Position numbers and translations under genes: made by a program. A DNA stretch of 64,000 nt. Source: a virus. Shown here piece by piece: positions 17,444-26,122 of this stretch. Position 1 is the stretch's first letter. Each line of letters starts with the position of its first letter. The notes under the pieces are model-generated. The model saw only the letters and a list, made by a program, of their open reading frames with translations, was not told where the DNA came from and did no database searches. Location: the IMG/VR virus record IMGVR_UViG_3300020051_000004. One strand, written 5' to 3'.

Positions 17444-18354
17444 TGTTCCTTTGTAAAGAATGCGGCGAAAGTTTTTCTTCTGAGAGGTCGCTTCATGCTC
17501 ACTTGAAAATCCACAAGTTGAATGTGGCGAGTTACTACTGCAAACATTTTCCTAGGAAAGATTTGCTCACGGGCGCTCAATTACCCTTTAAACAAAAGGA
17601 CGAATACTTCTCTAGTTATTTTTCTTGCCGCGAAAATCTTTTAACTTGGCTAAAAAAGACGCCTAAGGATAAGAAGTCGCTGATAATTTTGGACATGCTC
17701 GAAAAAAGAGTTCGCACAAAAGAACCACTCTTTTTGCCAAATGAAGTAGAATTGTATTTTGCGGGCCTTCCTCCTATTAAGGAATACAAAGAATGTTTTG
17801 GCTCTTATTCTGCTGTTGCGGAAAAAATTGGGGCGGCGCTTTTATTTTCTGACAAACTTCCGAGTGAATGGAACAATGATTTTTCGCGCAAAAAGATTTA
17901 TGTGGATTCTCGCGAGCAAAAACCTTTGCAATTCGCGAATAGCGAACGCTTGAAAATTGACACGGGCGATTATTCTGTTCTTGGCGATGATTTCTGCAAT
18001 ACTTTTGTTGATAGAAAGTCTTTTGACGACTGGGCATCAACTCTTGTGGGTGATAACTATGCCCGATTCGAGAGAGAGATAATTAGATGCGCCGCTCAGG
18101 ATTGTTTCTTATGGGTTGTTGTTGAGGCTAATTTGGAAGAATCTTTTAGCGCGGGCAAAAAGTCTTATCATAAACACAACTTGTCTTTTGTCTCTCATAA
18201 CATGAGGATTTTGCAGCATAAACACAGGAACCTGCAATTTGTTTTCTCTGGCGGGCGCGAACAGAGTCAAAAAATCATTCCTAAGCTATTATGCTTGGGC
18301 AAAAAACTTTGGAACGTTGATTTGCAATACTTTTTAAACGAAAAAACTTTATGA
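17443..18354 (+). CDS. C2H2 zinc finger plus ERCC4-type nuclease
   Basis: CKECG..F.....L..HLKIH; VDSREQKP, GDYS, VDRKS; start at TAATG overlap 17443. Confidence 0.75.
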   Translation: MFLCKECGESFSSERSLHAHLKIHKLNVASYYCKHFPRKDLLTGAQLPFKQKDEYFSSYFSCRENLLTWLKKTPKDKKSLIILDMLEKRVRTKEPLFLPNEVELYFAGLPPIKEYKECFGSYSAVAEKIGAALLFSDKLPSEWNNDFSRKKIYVDSREQKPLQFANSERLKIDTGDYSVLGDDFCNTFVDRKSFDDWASTLVGDNYARFEREIIRCAAQDCFLWVVVEANLEESFSAGKKSYHKHNLSFVSHNMRILQHKHRNLQFVFSGGREQSQKIIPKLLCLGKKLWNVDLQYFLNEKTL

Positions 18355-20891
18355 GTTGGGAACCTGGATTAAAAGCTGAATACGGACTAAAGGATGTTAA
18401 CAAGGAACTATCCGAAGTCAAGGGATACTTAACAGAGAAAGAGGCGCAAATTTGGCTAGCCAAGTTTTTCCGCGAAAACATGTCTATTTTCTCGAAGTAC
18501 CTCACAGGAGTTGAGCTTCTGAACTTCCAGAGTTTAATGATTAAGACAATGTTTAAGATTGATTACTTCTTGGCTATATGCAGTCGTGGAAGTGGTAAGT
18601 GTGAGAAGTGGGATAACTTGATTTGGACGGATAAAGGGTTAAAGAGGATGATTGATGTTGAGGTTGGTGATTATGTCCAGAGTATCAAAGATAGGAACCT
18701 TGTTTTAGCTAAGACGGTCAACCCTTCTCAAACAACTTACAAACTCACAACGTCTCACGGTTTCACTTCTGAGGGATTGGATTATCATAGAGTCTTGAAA
18801 TTAAACTTGGATACTTTAAAAAGAGAGTGGACGTTCTCAAAAGATGTAAAAGTTGGCGATTATTTAGTTTGTCGTAAGGGTGATAATTTTTGGATTTCAG
18901 AAGAGGCTAGAGAAGAGTCTATTCTTTTCCTAAAAAACATTCCGCGCAAAAATTTTTCTTTGGATGACGTTAAAGAGATTAGGAATATTCTATTAAACCT
19001 GAATATTGTCACTTGTTCTGTTTGTGACGGCGGCAACTACAGTTTAGCCGTTTCTCCTGCAAGTCAAAAGGAGTTCTATAAAATATTTGGACCAAAAACT
19101 CCTTCTTGGGTCGCACAAAAAAGTTTTTCAGGAGAGTCTTTTTTGGAAACGACTCGCGATCCAGTTTTCATTAGTAAAGTCATTGAAACTTCGACTTCGG
19201 AAAACGTCACTGTTGATTTACAAGTTGAGAATGAAAAATGTTACGTCTCTGACGGCATTGTTAGCCACAATACTTTCCTCTCAGCGGTGTTTCTAATCTT
19301 GTATGCGACTCTTAACCAAGGAGTTAAGATTGGCGTTATCGCGAACTCCTTTAGGCAATCACGCCTTTTGATGCAGAAAATACTTGACATTAGATTGGGT
19401 AAGAACGCTGGAATGCTTCGCCAGATTATCAAGGAAAAAGACATTTCTCAACGTAACGACGAACTGATTATTAAAATCGGCGCGAGTCAAATTATTGCCC
19501 TGCCACTAGGAGATGGTAGTCGTCTTCGTGGTTATCGTTTTAAAGTAATGGTAATTGACGAACTTTTGCTGCTGCCGTCAAAAATCATCAACGAGGTTAT
19601 CAAGCCGTTCTTGTCAACAAACACTGATGTTATTGAGCGCAAAAAAGTAACAGAAGCAGAAGACGCTCTCATCGCCCAAGGAAAATTAAAGCCAGAAGAC
19701 AGAATTAAATGGGGGCACAATAAATTTATCGGCCTTTCTTCTGCGTCTTTTACTTTTGAGTATCTTTATGAGATTTACAAGAGATACGAGGAGATTATTT
19801 TAGAGGGTAAAGGCAAGGAAGATGACGACTTATCTGCCCGTCATGGGATTTTTCATGTTTCTTATGATTGTTTGCCGCCAGAACTTTATGACCAAGGCGC
19901 GATTAATGACGCTAAGAAAACATTCAGCGAAGCTCAGTTTGCGCGAGAGTATCTTAGCCGATTCACTGACGATAGCTCTGGCTACTTCAAGATGAGCAAG
20001 ATGGCCGCTTGCACCCACCAAGATGGTGAAGGTCAATGCGTTGAAGCTATCGGAGATAAAGACGGCATTTACATCCTAAGCGGAGACATTTCATGGTCCG
20101 AGAGTGAGTCGTCTGATGACTTTGTTCTTCATGTGTTGAAGTATGTTCCTGAAACTGGCGCTGCTACAGTTGTTCATTCTTACGCTCTCCCAGGGACAGC
20201 GATGAAGGAGCATATCAAGTATTTCCACTTTTTATATACTAATTTTCGCCCGCAATTAATTATTTTTGACTTCATGGGCGGCGTTCAGTTTTTATCCGCC
20301 GTTAATGAAAGTGAATTATTCAAGAAAGACAACATTGAAATCAAAACAATCGACGTTGACATTGAAGACCCAACAAAGTATAACGAAGACATTCGCGCCG
20401 TAAGAAATCTTCATAATGTTTCTGACCACAGGATTTGTATCCAAAGAAAACCTTCTGGAAATTATATTCGCCGCGCAAATGAACTTCTTCAGGCCGCTTT
20501 TGATCATAAAAAAATGTGGTTTGCTTCTCGGGCGATTGATGATGACTTTAATTATCAGATTAATTTGCCGATTCCAGTAGATGATTTGAAATTTTTGCGC
20601 GATAATTTAAATCTTGCGCCGTCAACTGTTGATTTTGTTGAAACTTTGAAAACAAATGTGGATATGATTAAAGTTCAGTGTTCACTCATTGAAGTAACAT
20701 CAACTCCACAAGGAAACCAGACATTTGATTTGCCGCCGAATCTCAGAAAACAACGAGGCGCTTCAAAAGCCCGAAGGGATAGTTACACAGCTCTTGTTTT
20801 AGGTAATTGGGGCGTGTCTGTTTATCGAGACATGCTTTCCGCGCCAAAAGAAGAAGAATACGAAGGCTATATACCTTGCGTGATTTCTTAA
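18351..20891 (+). CDS. terL: Terminase large subunit, intein-containing
   Basis: Walker A SRGSGK|T split by intein, LRGYRF, VIDE Walker B, coupling motif LSSA, FAREY, nuclease SGD...DD, RDSYTA. Confidence 0.9.
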   Translation: MSWEPGLKAEYGLKDVNKELSEVKGYLTEKEAQIWLAKFFRENMSIFSKYLTGVELLNFQSLMIKTMFKIDYFLAICSRGSGKCEKWDNLIWTDKGLKRMIDVEVGDYVQSIKDRNLVLAKTVNPSQTTYKLTTSHGFTSEGLDYHRVLKLNLDTLKREWTFSKDVKVGDYLVCRKGDNFWISEEAREESILFLKNIPRKNFSLDDVKEIRNILLNLNIVTCSVCDGGNYSLAVSPASQKEFYKIFGPKTPSWVAQKSFSGESFLETTRDPVFISKVIETSTSENVTVDLQVENEKCYVSDGIVSHNTFLSAVFLILYATLNQGVKIGVIANSFRQSRLLMQKILDIRLGKNAGMLRQIIKEKDISQRNDELIIKIGASQIIALPLGDGSRLRGYRFKVMVIDELLLLPSKIINEVIKPFLSTNTDVIERKKVTEAEDALIAQGKLKPEDRIKWGHNKFIGLSSASFTFEYLYEIYKRYEEIILEGKGKEDDDLSARHGIFHVSYDCLPPELYDQGAINDAKKTFSEAQFAREYLSRFTDDSSGYFKMSKMAACTHQDGEGQCVEAIGDKDGIYILSGDISWSESESSDDFVLHVLKYVPETGAATVVHSYALPGTAMKEHIKYFHFLYTNFRPQLIIFDFMGGVQFLSAVNESELFKKDNIEIKTIDVDIEDPTKYNEDIRAVRNLHNVSDHRICIQRKPSGNYIRRANELLQAAFDHKKMWFASRAIDDDFNYQINLPIPVDDLKFLRDNLNLAPSTVDFVETLKTNVDMIKVQCSLIEVTSTPQGNQTFDLPPNLRKQRGASKARRDSYTALVLGNWGVSVYRDMLSAPKEEEYEGYIPCVIS
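18600..19271 (+). other. Intein (224 aa) in terminase Walker A
   Basis: Starts CEKWDNLIWTDKG, ends VDLQVENEKCYVSDGIVSHN, +1 residue Thr. Confidence 0.9.
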
Positions 20892-20913
20892 AAGTCACAA
20901 ATTCCGACTTTAA

Positions 20914-20919
20914 GTGTAA
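20914..20919 (+). promoter_or_regulatory. GTGTAA putative late promoter
   Basis: 8 nt before portal ATG. Confidence 0.65.
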
Positions 20920-20927
20920 CTTTTAGC

Positions 20928-22883
20928 ATGGGAAGAAGCTATACAAAGCGCAATCAGGATTACTGGAACAAAGTGTCTCAACCAAGGACTGTGTTCGTTG
21001 AAACGTCTCAGGCGTCTTTTGATTTACCAGAGGCTTTTGAAATGTCCAAAGGTTCTTTTGATAGTCGAGAATTTCCAGAAACTTCTCGAACTTCTAGGCG
21101 CAATCGTTCCGCTGTTTCGGTTAAAGATGATCGGTTTAGCCAGATTCGTAAAATGGAACTGCCTTACAAATACAAAGGTAGTTGCGTTGATATTCGGGAC
21201 ATGGTTATTCTTTGCCAGAAAGCATATGCAAATGTGCCTATTTTCAGGAATGCTATCGACTTGATGAGCGAATTTGCCAATACAGATGTTTATTTAGAAG
21301 GCGGCACCAAAGGTTCTCGGGACTTTTTTACTCGCTGGTTTAAGAAAATTGGCATGGGTAACTTGAAAGATCAGGCTTTCAGAGAATACTACAGAAGTGC
21401 GAATGTGTTTTTGTATCGCATTGATGGAGAGTTTAGCTTGGAAGATTTCGCCAAACTTTCTACAATTTACGCTGCTGATGGAGAATTAAATGGCCGCAAA
21501 ATCCCAATCAAGTATGTCCTTTTGAACCCTTATGATATGGTGGCCAATAACCCTATTTCATTTTACGATAGTGGGTATGATAAAATTCTTAGCGGATCAG
21601 AACTTTCGCGCTTAAAAAATCCTACGAGCCAAGAAGAGGTGGAGATTTTAAATGGATTGCCGCCCGACATTCAGAAACAAATTAAAAGCGGCGCATTCAA
21701 TGAAGACGGCATTTCTATAAATTTAGAGCCGCAAAAACTTCATTACTTCGCTTATAAAAAACAAGCTTACGAACCTTTTGGTATTCCGTTCGGGTATCCA
21801 GTATTAGATGACATTAACGCCAAGATTGAAATGAAGCGTATGGACCAAGCTCTTATGCGAACAGTAGAGTCTGTTATCCTTCATATTAAGCACGGCGAGA
21901 AAAAAGATCAATATGGCGGCGGCATTAACCAGAAAGTTGGCGATGCTCTTAAAACAATTTTCGCAAACGGCTCAACAGGCCGAACGATTGTTACAGATTA
22001 TACTGTTGAAGGCGACTTTTTGATTCCAGACTTAAAAAAAGTTCTTGGCCCCGAAAAATATCAAATTCTCAACCAAGACATTCGCGAAGGTTTGCAGAAT
22101 GTTATTATTGGCGAAGAAAAATACGGCAACACTCAAACAAAGATTCAAGTTTTCCTTGATAAATTGAAAGAAGCGCGAAACGCTTTCTTAGATAACTTCT
22201 TGAATCCAGAAATCAAAAGAATCTCCAAAGAACTTGGCTTTAAAAGTTTCCCGATTGCTCGTTTGAGTGACACTGAAATCAAGAACAACGCTGAAATGAT
22301 GCGCGTCGCAGTTCGTCTTGCGGAGCTTGGTATTCTTGATCCTAAGAGCCTTATCGACACTATCAACCACGGTGAGTTTCCGAACATCGAAGATGTGCAG
22401 CTTCAACAAGAGCAATTTGTTGCTGACAGAAAACAGGGTAAATGGATGCCACTTTCTCCTGTGCCAGTTGTTGCTTCTCCTGCTGATAAACTCCGCGCTC
22501 AACAGCAAAAAACGGGACCAGCCAAGCAAGCCGCGCCAGTGAAAAGTGCTGGCAGGCCACAAGGTTCTAAAGCGTCCATTGATTCGCTAAAAGAAATCGC
22601 TCGCGCCGCCTCTAATTTTCAGAGTAGCCTTGAAATTTCTTTGGCCAAAACTTATGGAGTTGACTCTTTGGATTCTAGCCAAAAGCAAATTGCCCAAGAG
22701 TTGGCCGAAAAAATTATTAGCGCCGTAAGCCCCGAAAATTGGCAATCCCTCGCCGAAGAGTGCTTGGCTAATGACAAGAAAATATTTTCACTTCAACCCA
22801 CAGAGGAAATTTCCACGCTCTCTACTGAAACTGGCTTAGGAGATTTTGAATCGGCGCTTTATGTTTGGGCTTCTGAGAGTTAA
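20928..22883 (+). CDS. Portal protein
   Basis: Follows terminase; AY..VPIFRNAIDLMSEF, FREYY...NVF, PFGIP..YPVL helical portal-like motifs. Confidence 0.8.
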   Translation: MGRSYTKRNQDYWNKVSQPRTVFVETSQASFDLPEAFEMSKGSFDSREFPETSRTSRRNRSAVSVKDDRFSQIRKMELPYKYKGSCVDIRDMVILCQKAYANVPIFRNAIDLMSEFANTDVYLEGGTKGSRDFFTRWFKKIGMGNLKDQAFREYYRSANVFLYRIDGEFSLEDFAKLSTIYAADGELNGRKIPIKYVLLNPYDMVANNPISFYDSGYDKILSGSELSRLKNPTSQEEVEILNGLPPDIQKQIKSGAFNEDGISINLEPQKLHYFAYKKQAYEPFGIPFGYPVLDDINAKIEMKRMDQALMRTVESVILHIKHGEKKDQYGGGINQKVGDALKTIFANGSTGRTIVTDYTVEGDFLIPDLKKVLGPEKYQILNQDIREGLQNVIIGEEKYGNTQTKIQVFLDKLKEARNAFLDNFLNPEIKRISKELGFKSFPIARLSDTEIKNNAEMMRVAVRLAELGILDPKSLIDTINHGEFPNIEDVQLQQEQFVADRKQGKWMPLSPVPVVASPADKLRAQQQKTGPAKQAAPVKSAGRPQGSKASIDSLKEIARAASNFQSSLEISLAKTYGVDSLDSSQKQIAQELAEKIISAVSPENWQSLAEECLANDKKIFSLQPTEEISTLSTETGLGDFESALYVWASES

Positions 22884-22942
22884 TTTCAGAAAATTCTCAG
22901 CATCCCAGAAAACAGAAAAACAAGAGTTGCGGCCATTTAATT

Positions 22943-23203
22943 TTATTCCGCGCCAAAAGAAGAATCGCCGCTTTTGAGGGTGGAATTTTCCTTGTTTTCT
23001 AAGGATTCGATATTGCATTTGTTTTTGCAGTCATTAACAACCCATTTGAGATATTCCGTAGTCATGGATGTGAGTCCACTTTGACGCAGTTTGTGAAGGC
23101 TGAGTTTTGAGCCATTTGTAAATTCTATGTAGGGTTTTTCTTTGGTCTCCGTCAAGAGCTTTAGGTCACTAAGGCTCATTTGGAAATTAATTTGGCCGCT
23201 CAT
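22943..23203 (-). CDS. Hypothetical protein
   Basis: Last gene of the inverted island. Confidence 0.55.
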   Translation of the reverse strand: MSGQINFQMSLSDLKLLTETKEKPYIEFTNGSKLSLHKLRQSGLTSMTTEYLKWVVNDCKNKCNIESLENKENSTLKSGDSSFGAE

Positions 23204-23220
23204 AGTTTATTAACGGTGAC

Positions 23221-24525
23221 GAAAAGAAAACCTCTTCCTTTAGGTAGAGGATGAATTTTCGCATAAAGTTTCTAAATTTTATTAAAGTTTGTAAGATTAA
23301 GTGTAATACTATTTGAGATGACGCATCGCGCCTACAAGTTTCGCATATACCCTACGCTTTGTCAAGAGGAAATCTTGCGCAAGACAATTGGATCGTGCAG
23401 ATTTGTGTATAATTGGGCGCTCGCCCAAAAGCGTGAGGCTTGGGTAACGCAAAAGAAAAGTGTTTCGTATAACGCCACGTCAAAAGGCTTGACGGAGTTG
23501 AAGGATTCTCCAGAAAAGACGTGGCTTAACGAGGTGTCAAGCGTTTGCTTGCAGCAGAGTTTGCGTAATCTTGATTCTGCGTTTAACAACTTCTTCAAAA
23601 AGCGTGGCGGTTATCCATCGTTTAAGAGTCGCAAAAACGGTGGGTCTGCCCGATTTATGGATAACGCTTTTCGTGTTAGTGGCGACTCATTGTTTCTCGC
23701 AAAAATTAAAACGCCAATCAAAGTTGTTTGGTCGCGAACGCTTTCTGGCGAACCAACTTCTTGCACGGTTTCTCAAAATGCTTGTGGTCAATGGTTTGCA
23801 AGTTTCCTTTGCGAAGAGGAAATAGTCAAACTTCCGCCTTCCGACAAAAAGATTGGCATTGACGTTGGAATTGAGAGTTTTGCGACTCTCAGCGATGGCT
23901 GTTCGTTTTCACAGCCGAAAAAGATTCGTGGTTTGCGCAAAAAGTTGGCGCGTCTTCAGCGTTTACACGCACGCAAACAGAAGGGTTCTAAAAACCGTGA
24001 ACGTGCTCGCAAAAAGGTTGCCCGCATTCATCAGCACATTGCAGATGTGCGCAGAGATTTTCTCCACAAACTAAGCACTAAACTCGTTCGCGAAAACCAA
24101 GCGATTGCAGTTGAAGACTTAGCTGTTCGCAACATGGTTAAGAACCGCAAACTTTCTCGCTGTATAAGCGAGCAGGGTTGGCGTGACTTCCGAGCTATGT
24201 TAGAGTACAAGTGCGAATGGAGTGGCCGCGAACTACTAATCGTAGATCGTTGGTTTCCAAGTAGCAAAACGTGCTCATGCTGTGGAGCAAAGGCTAGCTT
24301 TGGCTTAGAAACAAGGCAATGGACGTGTGATAGCTGCGGCGCTAATCACTTGAGAGACGTTAATGCCGCGAAAAACATTTTGGCCGCTGGACAAGCGGTG
24401 TCAGCGTGCGGAGTGGACGGAAGACCAACGAAGAACTACGTTCTTCGGGGCAGGACACAACGAAGCACGAAACCCAAGGCGCGAGCCGAGGAATCCTCGC
24501 CTCTTTAGGACGGGGAGGATGTCAA
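23221..24525 (+). mobile_element. IS200/IS605-family TnpB-only (IS1341-like) element
   Basis: Left-end hairpin CCTCTTCCT-TT-AGGTAGAGG; right end GAATCCTCGCCTCTTTAGGACGGGGAGGATGTCAA; no target duplication; removal restores a TAG stop in the flanking gene. Confidence 0.85.
23318..24508 (+). CDS. tnpB: RNA-guided endonuclease TnpB
   Basis: AYKFRIYP, RFVYN, RuvC GIDVG / VEDL / RDVNAA intact, Zn ribbon CSCC...CDSC. Confidence 0.95.
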   Translation: MTHRAYKFRIYPTLCQEEILRKTIGSCRFVYNWALAQKREAWVTQKKSVSYNATSKGLTELKDSPEKTWLNEVSSVCLQQSLRNLDSAFNNFFKKRGGYPSFKSRKNGGSARFMDNAFRVSGDSLFLAKIKTPIKVVWSRTLSGEPTSCTVSQNACGQWFASFLCEEEIVKLPPSDKKIGIDVGIESFATLSDGCSFSQPKKIRGLRKKLARLQRLHARKQKGSKNRERARKKVARIHQHIADVRRDFLHKLSTKLVRENQAIAVEDLAVRNMVKNRKLSRCISEQGWRDFRAMLEYKCEWSGRELLIVDRWFPSSKTCSCCGAKASFGLETRQWTCDSCGANHLRDVNAAKNILAAGQAVSACGVDGRPTKNYVLRGRTQRSTKPKARAEESSPL

Positions 24526-24711
24526 TAATTTTGTAGGGCTGCTCGCATCCAGTTACGTTTGTCCTCTTTTAGCCTTTTATTCTCTTCCTCTAACTCTTGA
24601 ATTCGAGCCCAAAATTCTAGTTCTGGTTCATTTGGCTCTCCAAGGGAGACTTCATATCCCTCGCTAAAAAGCATTAGGTTTCCTTGGTGGTTTTTTTCGA
24701 TTGAGTATTTC
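24522..24711 (-). CDS. Hypothetical protein whose stop codon is supplied by the IS right end
   Basis: Likely start MKYSIEK near 24713 (ATGA overlap); TGA is the complement of TCA in the terminal TCAA. Confidence 0.55.
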
Positions 24712-24928
24712 ATGGGATTTCTGGTTCTGGAATGTATTGCCAATATTCTTCTTCGATTTCTTCGCTATTATGAATGAGCGGCCTTACCTCAAAATTATAT
24801 TCGCCGCCAGAAGCGTATAGCTTGTTCTTATATTCAGTGATTTTTAGAATTTCCTTAGTAGAAACGCTTCCGTCGTATTTTGAAACCCACCAGTAGTAGC
24901 CTTGTTTTGTTGGGAGTTCTGTTGTCAT
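24710..24928 (-). CDS. Hypothetical protein
   Basis: PTKQGYYW...W..IPEP, common small phage protein pattern. Confidence 0.65.
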   Translation of the reverse strand: MTTELPTKQGYYWWVSKYDGSVSTKEILKITEYKNKLYASGGEYNFEVRPLIHNSEEIEEEYWQYIPEPEIP

Positions 24929-24936
24929 GTTTATTT

Positions 24937-25179
24937 CTATTCTTCGTTATTAAAGTATTTCGCGCTTAAATCTCTCAACTCTTGTAGGCGGAGGATAAAA
25001 TCGTCTAGGTCGCAAATATGAATTTGATCGCAGTCTTCCTTTTCGCCGTTAAAATATTTGATTAGCTCAATGCATCCGTCCCACTTTACATAGGTTTCGT
25101 AAGTGTTTTCAACATCAAAGCTTTCCGCTTTAAAAGAGAATTTTTTGCTGTCGGGCCGAATTTTCCAGTATTTGTTCAT
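24937..25179 (-). CDS. Hypothetical protein
   Basis: Coupled ORF; VKWDGC and HICDLDDFI. Confidence 0.65.
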   Translation of the reverse strand: MNKYWKIRPDSKKFSFKAESFDVENTYETYVKWDGCIELIKYFNGEKEDCDQIHICDLDDFILRLQELRDLSAKYFNNEE

Positions 25180-25577
25180 GCATTAACTTTAGCCCAAGTT
25201 CTTTGAATTGTCAAGACTTCTTTTTCTTCGCAGGTTAAATAGTAGGCATTTTCAATGCTAGTATCGTACCAAGCGTAACTATCAAAATGTTTGCCTCCTC
25301 CATAGTACTTGGTGAACCCAATGAAATTTCCAGCATTATCTTTTACGGCGACGGATTTAGTTTCGCAATAACGCGAATAGTCTGCTTGAATATCTGTTTC
25401 CCAGTCTCCTTGCATAATTTCTTGTTCGGAGTCACAACCAATTTGATCATGCATGAGAACCATAGCTTCGTCAAGTTGATCTTCGGTTTCTAATGGGCCA
25501 TTGTAATCCCAACCGTGTTCGTTGGCATATTCAATGATATATCTTTTAAGGGCAAGTGGGGCGGGTAGTTTAGTCAT
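25176..25577 (-). CDS. Hypothetical protein
   Basis: Coupled ORF; YYGGGKH. Confidence 0.65.
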   Translation of the reverse strand: MTKLPAPLALKRYIIEYANEHGWDYNGPLETEDQLDEAMVLMHDQIGCDSEQEIMQGDWETDIQADYSRYCETKSVAVKDNAGNFIGFTKYYGGGKHFDSYAWYDTSIENAYYLTCEEKEVLTIQRTWAKVNA

Positions 25578-25887
25578 ATGTTATTTTTGGGATTGAATTT
25601 CTAAGGTCGGCGAAAAGTTTGTCAACCTTATGATAGTCAACTTCGCGCATCATTAGAATTTCGTTTTGGGCTTTTGCCAGTTCATAGAGATAATCTCCGT
25701 AAAAATGGTTGTGGATACTTGCGGCGATTTGTTTTTTCATTTGCGGTTTCCACTTGAAATAATCATAGGTGTGACAAGTTCTGCATGAGGAAACAGAAAT
25801 TTCTCCCGTCAACTCCGTAAGAATCTTTTTGGGGCGATGCGGGCTAGGAACTTCTTGGTCTTTGAATTTTACAATTAGGTCGGTCAT
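25570..25887 (-). CDS. Hypothetical protein
   Basis: Likely start MTDLIVK at 25887 (ATGA overlap). Confidence 0.6.
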   Translation of the reverse strand: MTDLIVKFKDQEVPSPHRPKKILTELTGEISVSSCRTCHTYDYFKWKPQMKKQIAASIHNHFYGDYLYELAKAQNEILMMREVDYHKVDKLFADLRNSIPKITYD

Positions 25888-26057
25888 ACTGCCAAGAAAA
25901 TTTGTTTCGCCGCCAAGAAGTTTTTTACATTTTCGATATATTCTGGCCAATTTTCGGGCCATCCGTCCAAGGGATTTCCATCTTGACTAAATAGGTAGAG
26001 TGATCCATCGCCGTCTAGGTAGGCAGATTTAATTAGGGATTCGGGGTATGTGGTCAT
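25884..26057 (-). CDS. Small hypothetical protein (57 aa, not in ORF track)
   Basis: MTTYPESLIK...IFLAV; first gene after TTGACG-16 nt-TAGAAT promoter. Confidence 0.6.
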   Translation of the reverse strand: MTTYPESLIKSAYLDGDGSLYLFSQDGNPLDGWPENWPEYIENVKNFLAAKQIFLAV

Positions 26058-26063
26058 ATCTAA

Positions 26064-26091
26064 ATTCTACCACTCTAAACTCACCCGTCAA
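26064..26091 (-). promoter_or_regulatory. Sigma70-type promoter, leaderless
   Basis: TTGACG-16 nt-TAGAAT with extended TG, 6 nt before ATG 26057. Confidence 0.65.
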
Positions 26092-26108
26092 CCTTTTCTT
26101 TCAAAAAA

Positions 26109-26114
26109 GTGTAA
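26109..26114 (+). promoter_or_regulatory. GTGTAA putative late promoter
   Basis: 8 nt before ATG 26123. Confidence 0.65.
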
Positions 26115-26122
26115 CCCATTGA

